A DNA stretch of 64,000 nt from the NCBI GenBank assembly GCA_964016885.1, contig OZ024743.1:111724001-111788000 (forward strand), read 5' to 3'. The DNA comes from Eledone cirrhosa. Lineage: Eukaryota. A program made the position numbers and the translations under genes. Positions within the stretch are counted from its first letter, which is position 1; each line of letters opens with the position of its first letter. The notes below the pieces were generated by a model. That model searched no databases, was not told where the DNA came from, and was given only the letters and a program-made list of their open reading frames with translations. Positions 25,291 through 37,725 of the stretch are shown here, in pieces.

Positions 25291-26507
25291 ACCAAATAAT
25301 TACAGAGCGAATGTGTTTCTTTACAAAAGAGATAGAGAATGAATTCGAGTATTAAATTTGGATACAAAATCCGCCAAAATTGAAAAACTTTCACAAATAT
25401 CTAATGTTTGCATTAGTGTTATTTTTGTAGATATTGTTGCGCCCTTTATTGTTTTTTGTTGCTTTTGATGTTGTTTTTCAACAAGATAGCATCTATCTGG
25501 TTACATATACGATGTATTTTCATTTTGTAATTCCTTGTTTCGTTTACATTTTTTCTATTTTCTTTCCTAATGTATATATTTTCTCAAGCACAATGTATTT
25601 GTATTAGATTTGAATTTAATTACGTATTCAGTGTATATTATGAATGTTAGAAACTAATATATAATCTGGCAACATAATCCGACAATTACTCTTAATATTA
25701 ATGATTCATTTTAACTATTAATTAAGTAATACAGTTTCGCTTAAGTTGATTAATAATTAATTGACTATGTACATATCTGGTTTTATTCGCCATAAACCCA
25801 ATACTAAAAGAGGATATTTGCTATTGATTAAAAATTCGGTGTTGTTATCATTGTTGTTAATTAAGTTTGTTGTTGCTGGTATGGTCCCATGTATGTCCAA
25901 ATTGAGCTGAAGTATGATCAAAAACCTCTTGTGACAATTTAATGTTTTCATATACCATATCCCCAATTAATGTCTCTTAATGTCTAGTAAATATTATTGT
26001 GACGTTTAGGATAATATTAGTATGTGAATTGACCGCTTTAAACCCTTCTCATCGAACTGCGGAATATATATAAATTCAGGAATAAAAGAATTGCTTCAAA
26101 ACCAAGTGGTTCCAGCTTCGATCCAACTGCCTGGTTGTTAAGTCCTTTGTGGATAAACGAATACACTGCAACAATGTGATAACAATATAATCGAAACAAA
26201 GGGCAATAACCACACGTAACAGGACAACAATCTTTTAAGAACCAACAATCCTACACGCTAACTCAAACTGTGAACTTGATCCCCAACTTTGACTAACAAC
26301 ACACGAACTGTGCAACTAGTACCAGCTAGGCCACTTATTCGGGCCGCTACTATCTATATGTAGTGGTCCAGCCCATTCTCCCCATGGAGGGCGTCGTACT
26401 CTCGCACAAAACTGGCACATTAGCCTAGTGTTATATACTCTATTGTCAAGATGACCAACCCATGGTGGGTTGAACTTGGTAGAAGGAATATGGTACGGTG
26501 ATACCTC

Positions 26508-26608
<101 letters not shown>

Positions 26609-26650
26609 GTCGAGAAGTATATAAAGGAGAACAAACCGTTAAGACATGTT

Positions 26651-26736
26651 TATTTACAACACCACCTACATACTGAAATATCCTATATATATATATATAT
26701 ATAGGATATTTCAGTACGTAGGTGGTGTTGTAAATA
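26651..26736. repeat. Near-perfect palindrome centred on (TA)n
   Basis: 33-bp arms TATTTACAACACCACCTACATACTGAAATATCC / GGATATTTCAGTACGTAGGTGGTGTTGTAAATA with one mismatch. Confidence 0.92.
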
Positions 26737-26898
26737 TATATAGCAGTAATAAACGAAGCTAAATTTTAAACATTTGACTTATTTATTTTATTTTATGTTA
26801 CATTACTCCGGAGTAATCAAACCAACCTGCGCACTCGTCGAGTGCTCCAATCTGTATACTTAGGTGTTGGTATACAACCAACATATACTCAAAATCTC

Positions 26899-26975
<77 letters not shown>

Positions 26976-27039
26976 AGCACTCCTTTCACTCAACCGTCAA
27001 GCACATGCGGATATATATGTATATGAATATATATATATA

Positions 27040-27925
27040 TTCCCTATTTTTTCACGGTTACTTCTTTGCATATTTCTTTCACCTGTGTCTTCCCCCGATG
27101 GGATCTGTACGCTTTTTTTCCATTGCTTTCCTATTTTCCCCCTCTGCCTCTCTCCTCCTCGTTTACCCCCCCTTTTTTTTCCTCCTTTCCCTCTCATTCC
27201 TTTTATCTATCCCTTTGTTCTCTTTATTTCCCTCTTCTTTTCCACCTGGCCTTTTGATTAATAAAAGGCCTCGGGCGCACCCGAACTACACCGATGTCCT
27301 GTAATTCAGCGCCGAAACATCGGTTCAGGATACATTTACAGCTGACGATGGAAACTCCTTTCTTCCTCTCTATTCCTGTTCCGTTCTAACCACCATCCTA
27401 AATCTTGTTTTTAGTCGATCTGTGTACCCTCCACACTTTCGCATCGACCCCCCCCCCCCCCCTTTCTCTTCCCTCTCCTCATTCTCGTTTTATTTCTCTC
27501 TCTCTCTATCCATCCGTCCGGTTTTGATTGTTGACATGTTTACACGTGACGTGGGGGCCTCTCTATCCGCAATCCTTACGGCACGTTTTTACCACCGTCG
27601 TAAAAAAATCCCTTCTGGATTATCTCCCTTTCCCTTCTCCTCCCTTTTGGTTGCCCGTGTCTCTGTCTCGCTGTCTCCTGTCCATACGAGAGGCAGCACG
27701 GTTATACCAGCTCTGAGTCGTAGCTGACCACCAGGCTAAAGTCTCCCAGGCTGGCCACAACTTACTTTCCCTATTTTTCCAGGTTACTTTTTGCATGTTT
27801 CTTTCACCTGTGTCTTCCCAGGATAGGATCTGTACACTTTTTTTCTTCCATTCCTTTCCTATTTTCCCCCCTCTCCCTCTTTCATCATCTTTTCCCCCCT
27901 GTTTTTCCTCCTTTCCCTCTCTTTC
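27040..27925 (+). repeat. Pyrimidine-rich element with about 160-bp direct repeats (27040-27200 and 27767-27925)
   Basis: TTCCCTATTTTT..GGTTACTT..TGCAT.TTTCTTTCACCTGTGTCTTCCC..GGATCTGTAC occurs twice about 730 bp apart; begins directly after (TA)n. Confidence 0.75.
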
Positions 27926-27929
27926 TTGT

Positions 27930-28312
27930 TACGTCAGACCGATTTCCTTGAAATTGTAACTATGTATTAGTCAGTCTCTTCTTCATACCGGGAGCAAAGA
28001 AAATCCAACATTTTATGGCCTTGGGCCCGCATTAGGTGAAAAACTTCATCTTTTCAGCTTTTTAGGGTTTTTCTGAGGCGTTACGTCTAGCCGATTTTCT
28101 CGAAATATCAAGGCATAAAAAAATTAGGTTAGGTGAAAACCTGCATTTTCCCTGCTTCATCGAGGAAAATTTCAAAGATAATACAGTCATCAGAGTATTC
28201 GGTTTATTTTCTTTACATAATGTCCAGTCATGTAGTTTTTCCACGATTAGGTCTGTTGGCAGCCCGTGTTCCAAAATACCTTTTCCCGGCAAACGCCGGG
28301 TACCACTGCTAG
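27930..28312 (+). mobile_element. Non-autonomous Helitron (3' end clear, 5' end approximate)
   Basis: GC hairpin CCCGGC-AAAC-GCCGGG (28285-28300), 8-nt spacer, CTAG (28309-28312), then host T: canonical Helitron 3' terminus. Confidence 0.75.
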
Positions 28313-28545
28313 TATATAATAAATGTAATCTGAGTTTTTCGAACATTAATAATTGTTTCTACTTTAGGCACAAGGTGGAGTGAATGGAGTGCTCCATACC
28401 GGAGTAGAGTTTTAATATTCAATATTATTAAGTTTAGAAAATAAGTTCGCCCGTTTATCATAGGGTCATCAAGCAATATGATGAATCTGTGTAAAACATA
28501 CGATAATAAAGCACATTTTTTAGCCTCAATAATATTGAATATATA

Positions 28546-28603
<58 letters not shown>

Positions 28604-29222
28604 GCGTGTGTGTGTTTGTTTAAAATATATTTTATATTGAATGCAAAGTATCGAACAATAGAAACTCTGAGTAGTTATCAAGTTCATAATAAAATGTAGG
28701 AAAGTTAGACGCAGAAAATAGCGCTAGGTGTGTCTGATGAATATACGTGGAAAAAGTGGCCAGCGATTTCTATGACAAATCCAACTACTTATCATTCAGA
28801 TACCAGTGACTGGGGTAACTATTGAGCTAATCGGCTACTTAGCGTGGGTTATTCCCACTTTTTTCCTGTTGCTTTACCTGATATTCGAAATTATAATTCT
28901 AAACGAAAGGCAGCGGTCCGTTCGGGGAATCTGTCCCACACTGAGAGATACTCTTGACAAGCCGACTACCTCACAGCTTAGGTGCACTTAAGCTGCATTT
29001 CGGCTACACACCAGTCGGCGAGACTGTGCAGTCGGCACTACGAAGGATAATTTGGTAATTTGTGTCTACTTGTTCGTCACACTTATAATTCTATATAACA
29101 CTAATTAATTGATTATTTATTTGATTCATTCTTTCATCGCGCAAAACTGCTAGTGTATGGATACCACGCATATATGTTTATTATTCTTATATATCTATAT
29201 GTATATATATGTTCTCTCCCCC

Positions 29223-29352
<130 letters not shown>

Positions 29353-29578
29353 GAAAATTATTAACCATAGAGTGCTTCCAATCTACTGTAAAACTCATTC
29401 TTTGTTATACTCATTGAATATTGTTTAACTCTTTAATATATATATATTAAACGTTATATATATATATTAAACTCTTATATATATGTACGTATGTATGTAA
29501 AGGGTAAACAGAAATAACAACACAATCGGTACAGTATAGGAATATTTTAGGTTAACGCTTGAAATAGCAGGAAGAGGG

Positions 29579-29614
29579 TCTTAACGTTTCGGAAGCTAGT
29601 CTTTCATCAGAAGA
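29579..29614 (-). ncRNA. Degenerate minimal type I hammerhead in a probable PLE-derived repeat (about 29500-29672)
   Basis: Minus strand TCTT-CTGATGA-AAGACTAGCTTCC-GAA-ACGT-T-AAGA: core boxes, stem I UCUU/AAGA, palindromic stem III; stem II imperfect. Confidence 0.5.
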
Positions 29615-29669
29615 AAGAATGAGAAATAAGATAGATTCAAGAGACGGGAGAGACACACAAATTTACCTT

Positions 29670-29672
<3 letters not shown>

Positions 29673-29748
<76 letters not shown>
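29673..29748. repeat. (CA)n microsatellite
   Basis: Pure dinucleotide run. Other long microsatellites include (TA)n at 412-470, 3378-3447, 4169-4232, 4506-4580 and 26510-26607; (GA)n at 6587-6641; (CT)n at 29223-29310; (TTA)n at 2870-2965 and 3902-3970. Confidence 0.95.
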
Positions 29749-29756
<8 letters not shown>

Positions 29757-30759
29757 TATATATATATATATATATGTGGGGGGGAGGCTATATATGCGTA
29801 TGTGTGTGTACCCTATGGATTAACGAAGTGCTGGGTCATTTATAACATGGTGAATCTTGGATGATCGAGTATAATATCCCTGGGGAGAGTTAAAATGGAC
29901 ATAAACACTTTAGGCGAGCGTGATTTCAGGGTTCTGACATATTTAAATCTCTCTATATGTATTTGTGTTTGTTTGTGTGTGAGCGCTTTGTGTATGTGTG
30001 TTTGTGTGTGTGTGAATTTGTGTACGCGTGCGTGTCGAATGACTATGACTAATTGTAAAGATTCAGATATTTTATCACTGAAAATAATCTACTTAACGAA
30101 AACTATTTGTCACAAATTTTTAATTCTTCTATTAACATTAGTATTATCACTATTTATGGCACCGATATTTGCTTAAAAAATTCCACATACTTTACATGCA
30201 TTCGTTTAACTAAAATGAAGAGGGTTATACTATTTAACAAAGCAATTTCTGAAATAAAAAAGAAATTTTAATTTATGATATAAATATTTTCTTTTTAAAT
30301 TGCGCAATAATTGTGCATTTCTTTCCCTTTTTTTCCTCCTAACCTCAACAATGATCCTTTATATTTTCTGGCGCCAAATTTTTAGCGATCATAGTTGATG
30401 ACATTTTTTTCTTGTGTTTATATTGTTGGCGTCAGTTTTTGATTATTGATCTAAATAAATGTTTATTTTATCAATGTTTCAATCTCAATTACAGTCAGCA
30501 TACAATTTTCAACAACTATTAATAGGGAAAAAATAATAGTACTAATGAGAATTATTTAAGCAAATGTAAAACTGTATATATTATTATTGTTTAAAACTTC
30601 CTTTGAATTCTGCTGTTTTCCAATATCATGCCGAGTCTCAACCTTACAACTGAGGTAACATTTGCTAAATTCACACATATTACAATCAAGTGTAATATAA
30701 ATGATGCCATAAATACATAAACGCCATTAAATGTCTTAGCAAGGTATTTTGATTGATAA

Positions 30760-31960
30760 AACCCTTCTCCGAACAGGAACAGTGCCAGACAACACAATTT
30801 TCTGTATCTCTCGCAAAGATGACTTTCCAGGTATTTGGTCCGATTACATTTTAATGTTTGCTTTGTTATCATTCGAACTGAATGAACTATCACTAAGACG
30901 CCGTATTTTCTAAATTCATATTTCCAGATACTTATATTTCCTGAGCTTTCAGAACTCATTCGAGATAACACGATCTGCTGGAATGCTCGTATCAATCAAG
31001 AAGGCTGATTTCCTTGTTTGATCCTTGGCAATTATATCATGTCTGTGGGCATTGATCATGTTGACGGTATTCACAAATAAATATATGATTGTCACATTAT
31101 TGCCTCCATTTGGGTAACCTGTATATTACCCAGTGTAATTTTTGATATTATCTATCATGTCTCGATTTATATTCCTGTGTAGCTAATATTTTGCAGCCTG
31201 AAAGAAGTTGTTCAATAATCTCAACATGTTCCTTTCTATTGCCGTTGCTGCTGCATAAATAACTTTATTCAATTCTGATTCTTCAAGTTCCTTGCTTTAA
31301 CAGCTTGATTTCAGTGCGTATGTGTATTTTGTTTTATTTGTTGCTTGTCAAATTTTTCAAGGACACTATTTCACCCATACTAGTTTTTATTTTTATTTTT
31401 CCAGGTTAATTGAGTTTCGTTTGTTTTATCAGATACGTATGCTCACGAGTAGAAATATCCTCAACCATATTGTCAAATTATGTTTCTGATACTTTAAATA
31501 TTCTGTGAAATATCTACGGGTCGCAGCAGGGTCAATAGATGTTACATATTCATTTCTATCCCTTTCTGATATGCATATTAAATATTTTAAAACATTCTTC
31601 TTAATTTGATTTATCTCTGAATTCGTTAGTTGCTCTTTCTAAAAATATATCTTTTCATATTTGTAAATTTGTTTTCGACCAGGTTTAGTCTCATTTCTGG
31701 ATTTCTTTCCCTCTAGGATTTCTTTCCCTCTATTAATTTACTTCCGAAGGTTTGCCCAATGAGTGATATAATGTGTATATCACTTTTTATACATTTCCGG
31801 AATCCATTTTATACGTTCAGTTCTTTTTCTTCGATGGAGGCCTGCGTTGAAATTATTCTCATTCAAGTGACTTCAAATCCGTATTTGAAAAGGAGCTTGT
31901 TACCTCTGCAAGCCTTTCGACCCTAGGATTAGTTCTCCCAGAGAGTCACGGTGACAGAAT
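30760..31960 (-). mobile_element. Highly decayed R4/Dong-like LINE
   Basis: Minus-strand broken frames read LLIDTSIPAD..EKLRKYKYLE, matching LLIDVSVPID..EKLSKYKDLE of the restriction-like endonuclease in 40412-42259. Confidence 0.55.
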
Positions 31961-32189
31961 ATGTTTTTATCTGTAGATAAGGTAGTCTTTTTTGTTGTTT
32001 CTTTGTGCGGTTTATTATCACGATCAAGAGATAAATTGTTTTAAAGATAATACCACAAGGACGATTAGCTACCAGGATTAGTCAGCTCATCCTGCCAATG
32101 AGACACGGGTACTTTCCGCCAGGGGCCAGACAGTTATTTCTTTGGCACAGGTTTTATTATTCGTGCTGTCGTTATTGTGTTCTTGTAAA

Positions 32190-33802
32190 CGACAACCTTC
32201 ATCTCCTGTGATACATCATAAACTGGAAAGGGAGTAAACCTGGCTTCAATAAGAGTCTGATCAATCTAGATCAATCGAAAGGTTTAAAAGGGAAGGGATG
32301 TGTGGACAGAAGCGGAATACGTCAAAGTGATGGTATTGAACGCAAACTTACAGGGATATGAAACGTTGAGAAGAGCAAATATTAACCTAGAATTAAGGTG
32401 GTTCGACGGAGCGGTGAAGTGGCTCGGAGTCTGGTTTGGGCTAGATCATCGGTTAGATAAGAGCTGGGGCAAGGTAACAAACAGGGTGGTTCTCTCACCC
32501 AAGAATGGGCCGAGAGGAAGCTATTCCTGAAAGGACAAACGGAGGAGGCGAACACGTACATCGCGTCGGTCATCTACTACCACTTAACCATCGTGCCTTC
32601 TCATAAGCCTCACTTGACTGCGCTGGAGCGTTTGCTCTTTCGTTTTTTTGTGGACGGGATGCGTCAGGTGGTTCATCTGCTGTCAACACCCGCTACGCGG
32701 AGGGCTGGGAATGCCGTAGCTGATGATGCACAGACATGCAATCAGGCTACGGCATCTCTACCTCTTCCTCGACGGTGATCAGATGTGGTCGCCGTTTCCT
32801 GGACGCATTTTCCCCAGCTCATCTCCTTGACGGAGCTGCAGTCCTGCGTCAAGCGGAGACCGAGAGGTAGCGTTTGGAGATTGGAATGTTTTCAGACGCT
32901 CACAGCCCTGGACCAGTCGAGCGATGCGATCGGTGGAACCTCCACCTTGGCGTTTTATATGGGTTAGTGGAGGGAAAGAGCGATGACATCCTTGGGGAGA
33001 CTCTGGGCGTCGACGAAAATCAACTAGTCAATCTCTTCGGGAGAACCTGCGGGCCGGGGCCCATGGAAAACTTCAAGAAATCCATGGCCTGGCAGTGTTA
33101 CAGAGGAGCTTTGCCAGTTCGGGATAAAATCTACAGGCATGGAAGGGCCGTCGGCCAGGCCTGTCCGAGATGCACGCAGGGCGAGCAAAGCGTCCTGCAC
33201 GCACTCGTCCAGCGTCAGAGCATCGCTGACATGTGGGTTTTTGTCGAACATCTGCTATCAGCTGAGTCCATCGTGAAGAATTTCCCTACCGCCCCCTTTA
33301 ACCAGGTGCGGCAAGCAGTCTGTAACCACCTGGTGGCCACGGTAAAAGAGGTCGTATGATGGACGCGTCTGAAGGTGTTAAAGGCGAGGACTTTCCTCTT
33401 CGGTGAGGTCCTCATTAACTTTTTCAGATTTCACCTGAAAAGGAAAATCAGGGTAGAGAGGGAAGTGCTGCCTTCCAATCAGTTTGTTGAAAGGTGAGTG
33501 AGAGAGGCAAGAATGGCTCGTGTGAATAGGCCTAACCTGAGCCTGTGCCAGGAAAACCGGAACAGGGCAATTTCCCCAGGGTGACGGTGGTTTTATTGTG
33601 GGCTTTCTCCATGAATGACCCCGGTTTTGGGGTATTCTTCCTTATTTCCTTTTTGTTACATCTTCTGTCTTTGCTTTTTATACATATAATTTTGTTTCTG
33701 TTTTGTTTATACGGAGAAATGCCCATTTGTACCGTCCTGTACTTTCCTGTGCTGTCATTAATGTTATACTTTTTGTAAACCCTTGTGGTTAATAAAGAAA
33801 GC
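32190..33802 (+). mobile_element. Tx1/L1-clade LINE, 3' part with internal deletions
   Basis: LINLDQSK, VKWLGVWFG, KKSMAWQCYRGALPVRDK, CPRCTQGEQSVLHALVQ; 3' UTR ends TGTAAACCCTTGTGGTTAATAAAGAAAGC followed by ATT repeats. Confidence 0.9.
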
Positions 33803-33818
33803 ATTATTTTTATTATTA

Positions 33819-36800
33819 CAGTTCATTTATCTTGCTTTATGTTCATACGAGTTATCACCAAGTCACAACCAGTGACATCAAGAGACAACAAGGTCCGCCA
33901 TGTTCAAGAAAGAACATATATACACACACATGCATCTTTAGGTGTTTAGACTTGTGGTGTACTTATATTGACAGAAACCTCCTAAGTATATGGGCAGTTC
34001 CCATTAGTACTATCTTTTGTATTTCTCATATACGCGGGTTTCCTGGGATTTGCGATAAGTAATCATTAGACCCCTTACGTATCATTCATAGAACACCTAC
34101 AACCACTGGTATTGTTTTAGTTCTCAATTTCCACATTTTTCCAATTTCTGTCTCCATGTCCTTATACTTGCTCAATTTTTCAAATGTTTTTGTAGATACA
34201 CTCTTGTCTATAGTAACAGACATATCACTTAGCAGGCTACCCTCTTTTTAAAGTCCTTCAGTATTATATCAGGTCTATTTCATCTATTTTTCGGTCTGTT
34301 TGGATTCTAAATTCCACAAGATTGAGATATGAACTTTTGCAAGTATGGGAGGTGGTTGATGCTCCCACCAATTCTTTTGATGGGGCAGGTCAAAATGCTT
34401 ACACATTATCCAATGTATGTATTGAGCAGTTCTGTCATGCCTGTTTAGATATCCGGTTGGAGCTATAGGACTGCACATTGAAATTATATGATCAATGATC
34501 TCTGGTTGTTTTTTACATACACGGCATAATGGGTTGCGTCCATTTTTTTATTATGTTGGCTTGGTAATTTTTTTGTTGGCAGACACTGATCTTGTCCTGA
34601 TATAATCAGTCCTTCAGTCTCCGATTTCAGTCAAGAGGTTGCCAACCACTGATGGGTTAAAGTTTTTTCAACATCAGGATTGTTAGCTCTTTCGGGGTAT
34701 TTTTCATACAGATGTTTTTCTTGCCATTTCTTAGCCAGTTTCTGTAGCAGTTCTTTCTTTGCAGTTACTTTTACCTGCTTTGCTTTTTCTGTGTTTTTCA
34801 TTTCAGCAGTAAAGGGAACTTCTGAAATTTGTAGTTCATTACTGTATCTGTGTGCATCTTTTGTAATGGAGTATGATCTTTTGATGCTTTCGTGTTTCAA
34901 AACGAGTTTGATCATCCAATCATGTGATTCCCCTAGATATGTAGATAATCCAATTGTCCAACGCAACATCTAACTCGATAAACCCATGTCCTCCTTCTTT
35001 CCTAGGGAGATATATTATATCTGTAACTGCCTTAGGGTGATGCATTCTGTGCATGCTTAAGAATTTTCGAATTTTTGTATCGAGCCTACGGATCTCTGTG
35101 CTTGACCAGTTGATGACATTGTAACTGTAGGTTACTACTGGTATGGCAAGCGTGTTTATGGCATCCATTCTATTCCTTGCATTCAATTCCGTTCTTAAGA
35201 TTGCTCTTACTCTGCGGTAACATTCTTTCCTTATCCTTCCCCTCATTGTCGAGTGCTTGATTCCGTCTCCTTCACAAACACCTAGATATTTGGGATTGTC
35301 TGTCTTATCATTCTTCGGAAGCAGGAATGTAATGCCGTTAACTAGCCATGATGGTATCTTTTCTGGCTCCTTAACTATTTCATTGTAAAGTTAGGCTAAC
35401 AGCTCATGAGACTCTGTGAAGATTTGGTATTTTGTCTTTTCCTGGGGATTTCCATTTGCTGGTTTTTCTAAGAGCCAAACGGTACTGTTTAGCTGTTATA
35501 TTTTCCCATATTTGTTCCTCAAATGAACTGTATCTTTCATTTGTCTGTCTATCCATGGGGCATGTATATTATGAACTTTTTCTTCGGCCCAGATCTTTTC
35601 CCAGAATTCTTGCACTTCCTCCTTGGGTGGTATTGATTTAGCAGTTATTGTTGACTTGCCAATTTTTCTGTAGAAGTTTCTTTGGTTGTTTTTGAACATA
35701 TTATTGTCCTTATAGAATCTAAATCGTTTTTCAAAGCGCCTTATACGAGCAGCTTTGGCCGACACTTTTTGCTTGATTATTTCTATCAGCATGTATATGT
35801 CACTTGTTGATTTTATACTGTATTTCCATTTCAATTTTCTAAGTTTAGTTTGTTTAACATGTTCACCTACTTTGTAGTTTGTTAACATTTCTATGTCAGA
35901 TCGGAGAAGGTTTATTTGGCGATTGATGTTCTCTTGCCAAGTAGATTTCTTGTGGGAATTCCTTTGTTTTGCCATTTTCACTCCACATAAGTGAGTGGTG
36001 ACTTTAGCCGATGCATAATAGAGATGATTTAAATCAGTAATGTTTAGTTTGTTTGTGATGATAATGTTTTTGAGAATTTTGTTAGTCTTGTGTATTATCT
36101 TTTGGTTCTGTTTGGAGTTCTGGATCTTAGGGAGAGTGTCTCGTTCCCACATGTCAGATTTCATTTTCATCCATTCGATCATAATTTCATCCTTCAAGTT
36201 GGCAAGTTCATTCTCATTCATTTCTTTATCATTTACCCATCTCATTATTTTCATTTTGACTTTGATAATGAGCATGCACTCCCTCCACTTTTTCAATCCT
36301 TTCTTTAATTTGTTCTGTTGTCAGTGATTCCGCCCCAACCCTGGGATTCGAAGTGTTACAATTTACCTCGTTTTCACTGACACATGTTTCATTTTCCCTT
36401 CGCTGACTTTGTGCTAATAGCTTGATCTGATCAATTTCTATATCAATTAGAAACTTTTTTTAACAATGTTTCTTCGTACATGGACTAGTTTGTTACTGTC
36501 AATATAGCCTCTGTTTTCGGGACGTTTATTTTTCCAGTTGATATATGTTTGTTCTGTATTCGATCTATTTGATGGGTAGTACATGGCAGTGTAGAAAGCC
36601 TCAACAACTTCTTTATTGTCTTCCCTTGACCATTTTTCTCTCTTTTTCTTTGGATTTCTTGGTGGTGAGCATGGAGGGCCAACAGTAGGTGTATTCCGGT
36701 TATGGGACGTCTCCAGCTCCGGAGTGATGGAAAGGTTTGGACCATTAGCTGATTTTTCGACCCCAGTCTGGTTCCTCTCTGGGGAACGCGGCCCTTTTTG

Positions 36801-37010
36801 ACCCGGGTGACGGCCGATCCGGTATGAGATTTTATCATTTCACATTTACTTTATTTTGTCGCGTTTTATCCTTAACCGCCAAGGGGTAATCATTTCGTGT
36901 TACCACTTCTAAAACGAGTGTCAACCAAGACTAGAGGGGTCGTCCTCCCCTAGAGACACGGCTATTCCCCGCCGGCCGCCATCCCGGTATTTCTTGGTCA
37001 CTGAGTTTTT
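33819..37010 (-). mobile_element. R4/Dong-clade LINE copy A (RT core deleted, multiple frameshifts)
   Basis: Colinear with 40369-44160. Motifs RIRKECYRRVR, MHHPK, RHDR, QKIVLMGTAHILR. 3' end abuts TAA repeats. About 740-bp deletion near 35290. Confidence 0.9.
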
Positions 37011-37419
37011 TTTTTTGTTGTTTTTTTAAATTGTTATTATCATGAGGGCGTGGCTTAAGAATGAAATTATTATTAAAAATATAATATGCTTTTTGTTGAA
37101 GTTGCCTGATATTGTTGTTGGCTATGTCGGTGGTGGTGCTGGGGCTTTTTCTATTGTTGGTGGGGAAGGGGAGAGCCAGCAGTGCCATAGTCGTTGAAGT
37201 TTGACCGGGTCACTAAGTCAAGCTATTTATATCTTTTGCTAGCCTCTCCCTTGTCTAGTGATATCTTCACCTTACCCTTTCTTAAGTTAACAGAAGGTAG
37301 TGGGGGAATAGTGATGGTAGCAATGAAGGAGTGGTGGCGGCGGTGATGGGATAGTGGTAGCAATGATGGAGTGGTGGCGGCGGTGACTATAGTGATGACG
37401 TCGTCGTTACTGAGTTTTG

Positions 37420-37720
37420 TTGAATAGACTGTAAACGTTGCCTTTCATCTTTACGGGGTCGATAAAATAAAGTACCAGTAATACACTGGTTTAATTGCTG
37501 GCCTTGTCCAAAAAGTAGAAACAATTATTATTGTGGATTGGCAGTATCGGTAGAGAGTTGGACACCATGCTTTGAAGCATAGAGTTACGTCCCTTTATGA
37601 TCTGAGTTCAAATCCCGCCGAGGTTAACTTTGCCTTTCATCCTTACCGGGCCGATAAAATAAAGTACCAGTAAAGTACTGGGTAATTGCTGGCCTTGTGC
37701 CTAACATAGAAACAATTATT
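37420..37720 (+). mobile_element. Tandem pair of SINE family A (about 37420-37528, 37533-37720)
   Basis: Head-to-tail copies separated only by ATT repeats. Confidence 0.88.
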
Positions 37721-37725
37721 ATTAT

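Noticed and set aside
28730-28765. CTGATGA...GGAAA as a hammerhead
   Set aside because: Stems I-III cannot be formed convincingly.
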